From assembly GCA_023422095.1 (NCBI GenBank), contig JAEZSD010000075.1:1-27570 (forward strand): a stretch of 27,570 bases of DNA, read 5' to 3'. Shown one piece after another: positions 26,806 through 27,570 of the stretch. Positions within the stretch are counted from its first letter, which is position 1. Each line of letters begins with the position of its first letter. The notes under the pieces were generated by a model. That model was not told the origin of the DNA. It searched no databases and was given only the letters and a program-made list of their open reading frames with translations. Origin of the DNA: Bacillota bacterium (GTDB lineage: Bacteria > Bacillota_I > Bacilli_A > RFN20 > CAG-826). Position numbers and translations under genes: made by a program.

Positions 26806-27440
26806 TTCTTTGCATCCTTGAAAACTGTTCGGTTTTGAATAACATAAATAATACCAGATAAGAGAGAGACAGCGGTTGCAATATACACAATAAACTCAGT
26901 GATATGCAATCCAGCTGGCCAACCAGAATCAATATAATTGAAAGGGAATCCATTTAATAACACGAATGTAATCGCCACCATTTGTAAGACGGTCTTGGCT
27001 TTTCCAAAGATGTTGGCGGCTATAACAATCTTCTTTTGAGCGGCAATAAAGCGGAGAGCATCAACAACGATGTCTCTACCAATTAGAATTATCGCGCACC
27101 ACATATTGAATGTGAGCAATTGTTCACTCGCATAAGGAGCAAAAAGAGTTGGGGCGATTAGGAAGATAACCATTGAATTTACCAGAAGTTTGTCTGCGAC
27201 TGGATCGAGAAATTTTCCTAAATCAGTTACTTGGTTATTCTTTCTAGCCAAATATCCATCGAGAAAGTCAGTAAAACTGGCTAACAAAAAGAATACACAG
27301 AGAATTAAAAACACGAGATTGATGTTCGTGTTTCCTAATTTCGGGGTATCAAAGTGAAAAAAAGACATCACAAATAAAGCGACAATCATCGATGCGATAG
27401 CGACAATGCGTGCGATGGTGATTTTTGTTGGAAGATTCAT
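26802..27440 (-). CDS. pgsA: CDP-diacylglycerol--glycerol-3-phosphate 3-phosphatidyltransferase
   Basis: MNLPTKIT..R, TDFLDGYLARK..VTDLGKFLDPVADK and GK.KT..Q; SD AGGAGA. Confidence 0.95.
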   Translation of the reverse strand: MNLPTKITIARIVAIASMIVALFVMSFFHFDTPKLGNTNINLVFLILCVFFLLASFTDFLDGYLARKNNQVTDLGKFLDPVADKLLVNSMVIFLIAPTLFAPYASEQLLTFNMWCAIILIGRDIVVDALRFIAAQKKIVIAANIFGKAKTVLQMVAITFVLLNGFPFNYIDSGWPAGLHITEFIVYIATAVSLLSGIIYVIQNRTVFKDAKK

Positions 27441-27454
27441 TTGTTCTCCTAAAG

Positions 27455-27570
27455 TGAGTTTCCGATCCTGTAAGCCATGTTTTGTCTAGGATAATTATTT
27501 ATCTAAGCTAATGCTTGCCCGAGACAATTCGTTTATCATCTCTTGCTTCCCCTACCAAATTTGGGTTTCT
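27455..27570 (-). ncRNA. rnpB: RNase P RNA, type B, 3' portion (truncated by the window end)
   Basis: The minus strand reads AGAAACCCAAATTTGGTAGGGGAA...TAGATAAATAATT...ACAAAACATGGCTTACAG, the conserved type-B P15 region and CR-IV/CR-V (P4) motifs. The 3' end is approximate. Confidence 0.93.

Noticed and set aside
293..26953. The other short (60-120 aa) ORFs in the track that overlap recognised genes
   Set aside because: All lie antisense or out of frame within well-supported genes and have no motifs.
1..27570. CRISPR array, IS, prophage, defence island or recoded genetic code
   Set aside because: No regularly spaced repeats and no transposase, integrase, phage or defence-like genes. TGA acts as a stop (licD, glpA-like, ABC) and conserved genes translate intact under code 11.

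Overview
Low-GC (by eye mid-30s %) Bacilli-type chromosomal segment read with genetic code 11 (TGA ends several ORFs; Trp is TGG). Its compact layout resembles reduced Erysipelotrichales/Acholeplasma/RF39-like lineages; this taxonomy is an inference. From left to right: the 3' end of a tRNA and tRNA-Leu(TAA); a choline/ethanolamine-kinase-family gene; a minus-strand glpA/glpB/DUF1667 glycerol-3-phosphate dehydrogenase-like operon; a hypothetical gene; nfuA-like plus tRNA-Gln(CTG); a dgs-like glycolipid synthase, licD, tarI and tarJ cluster. A long minus-strand block follows: rnpB (RNase P RNA, partial), pgsA, pncC/cinA, recA, rny, ymdB, miaB, ricA/ymcA-like, miaA, tcdA, two fused MacB-like ABC transporters, ychF, ispF, argS, rpoE, nrnA and cysQ. 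I found no mobile element, phage or CRISPR array. The most interesting signals are: a ~170-nt, densely structured 5' leader on rny; RNase P RNA running without a terminator into the pgsA-cinA-recA genes upstream of rny; a Cys-less RicA-like protein; a CDP-ribitol/LicD/glycolipid module; and recurrent leaderless promoter architecture.
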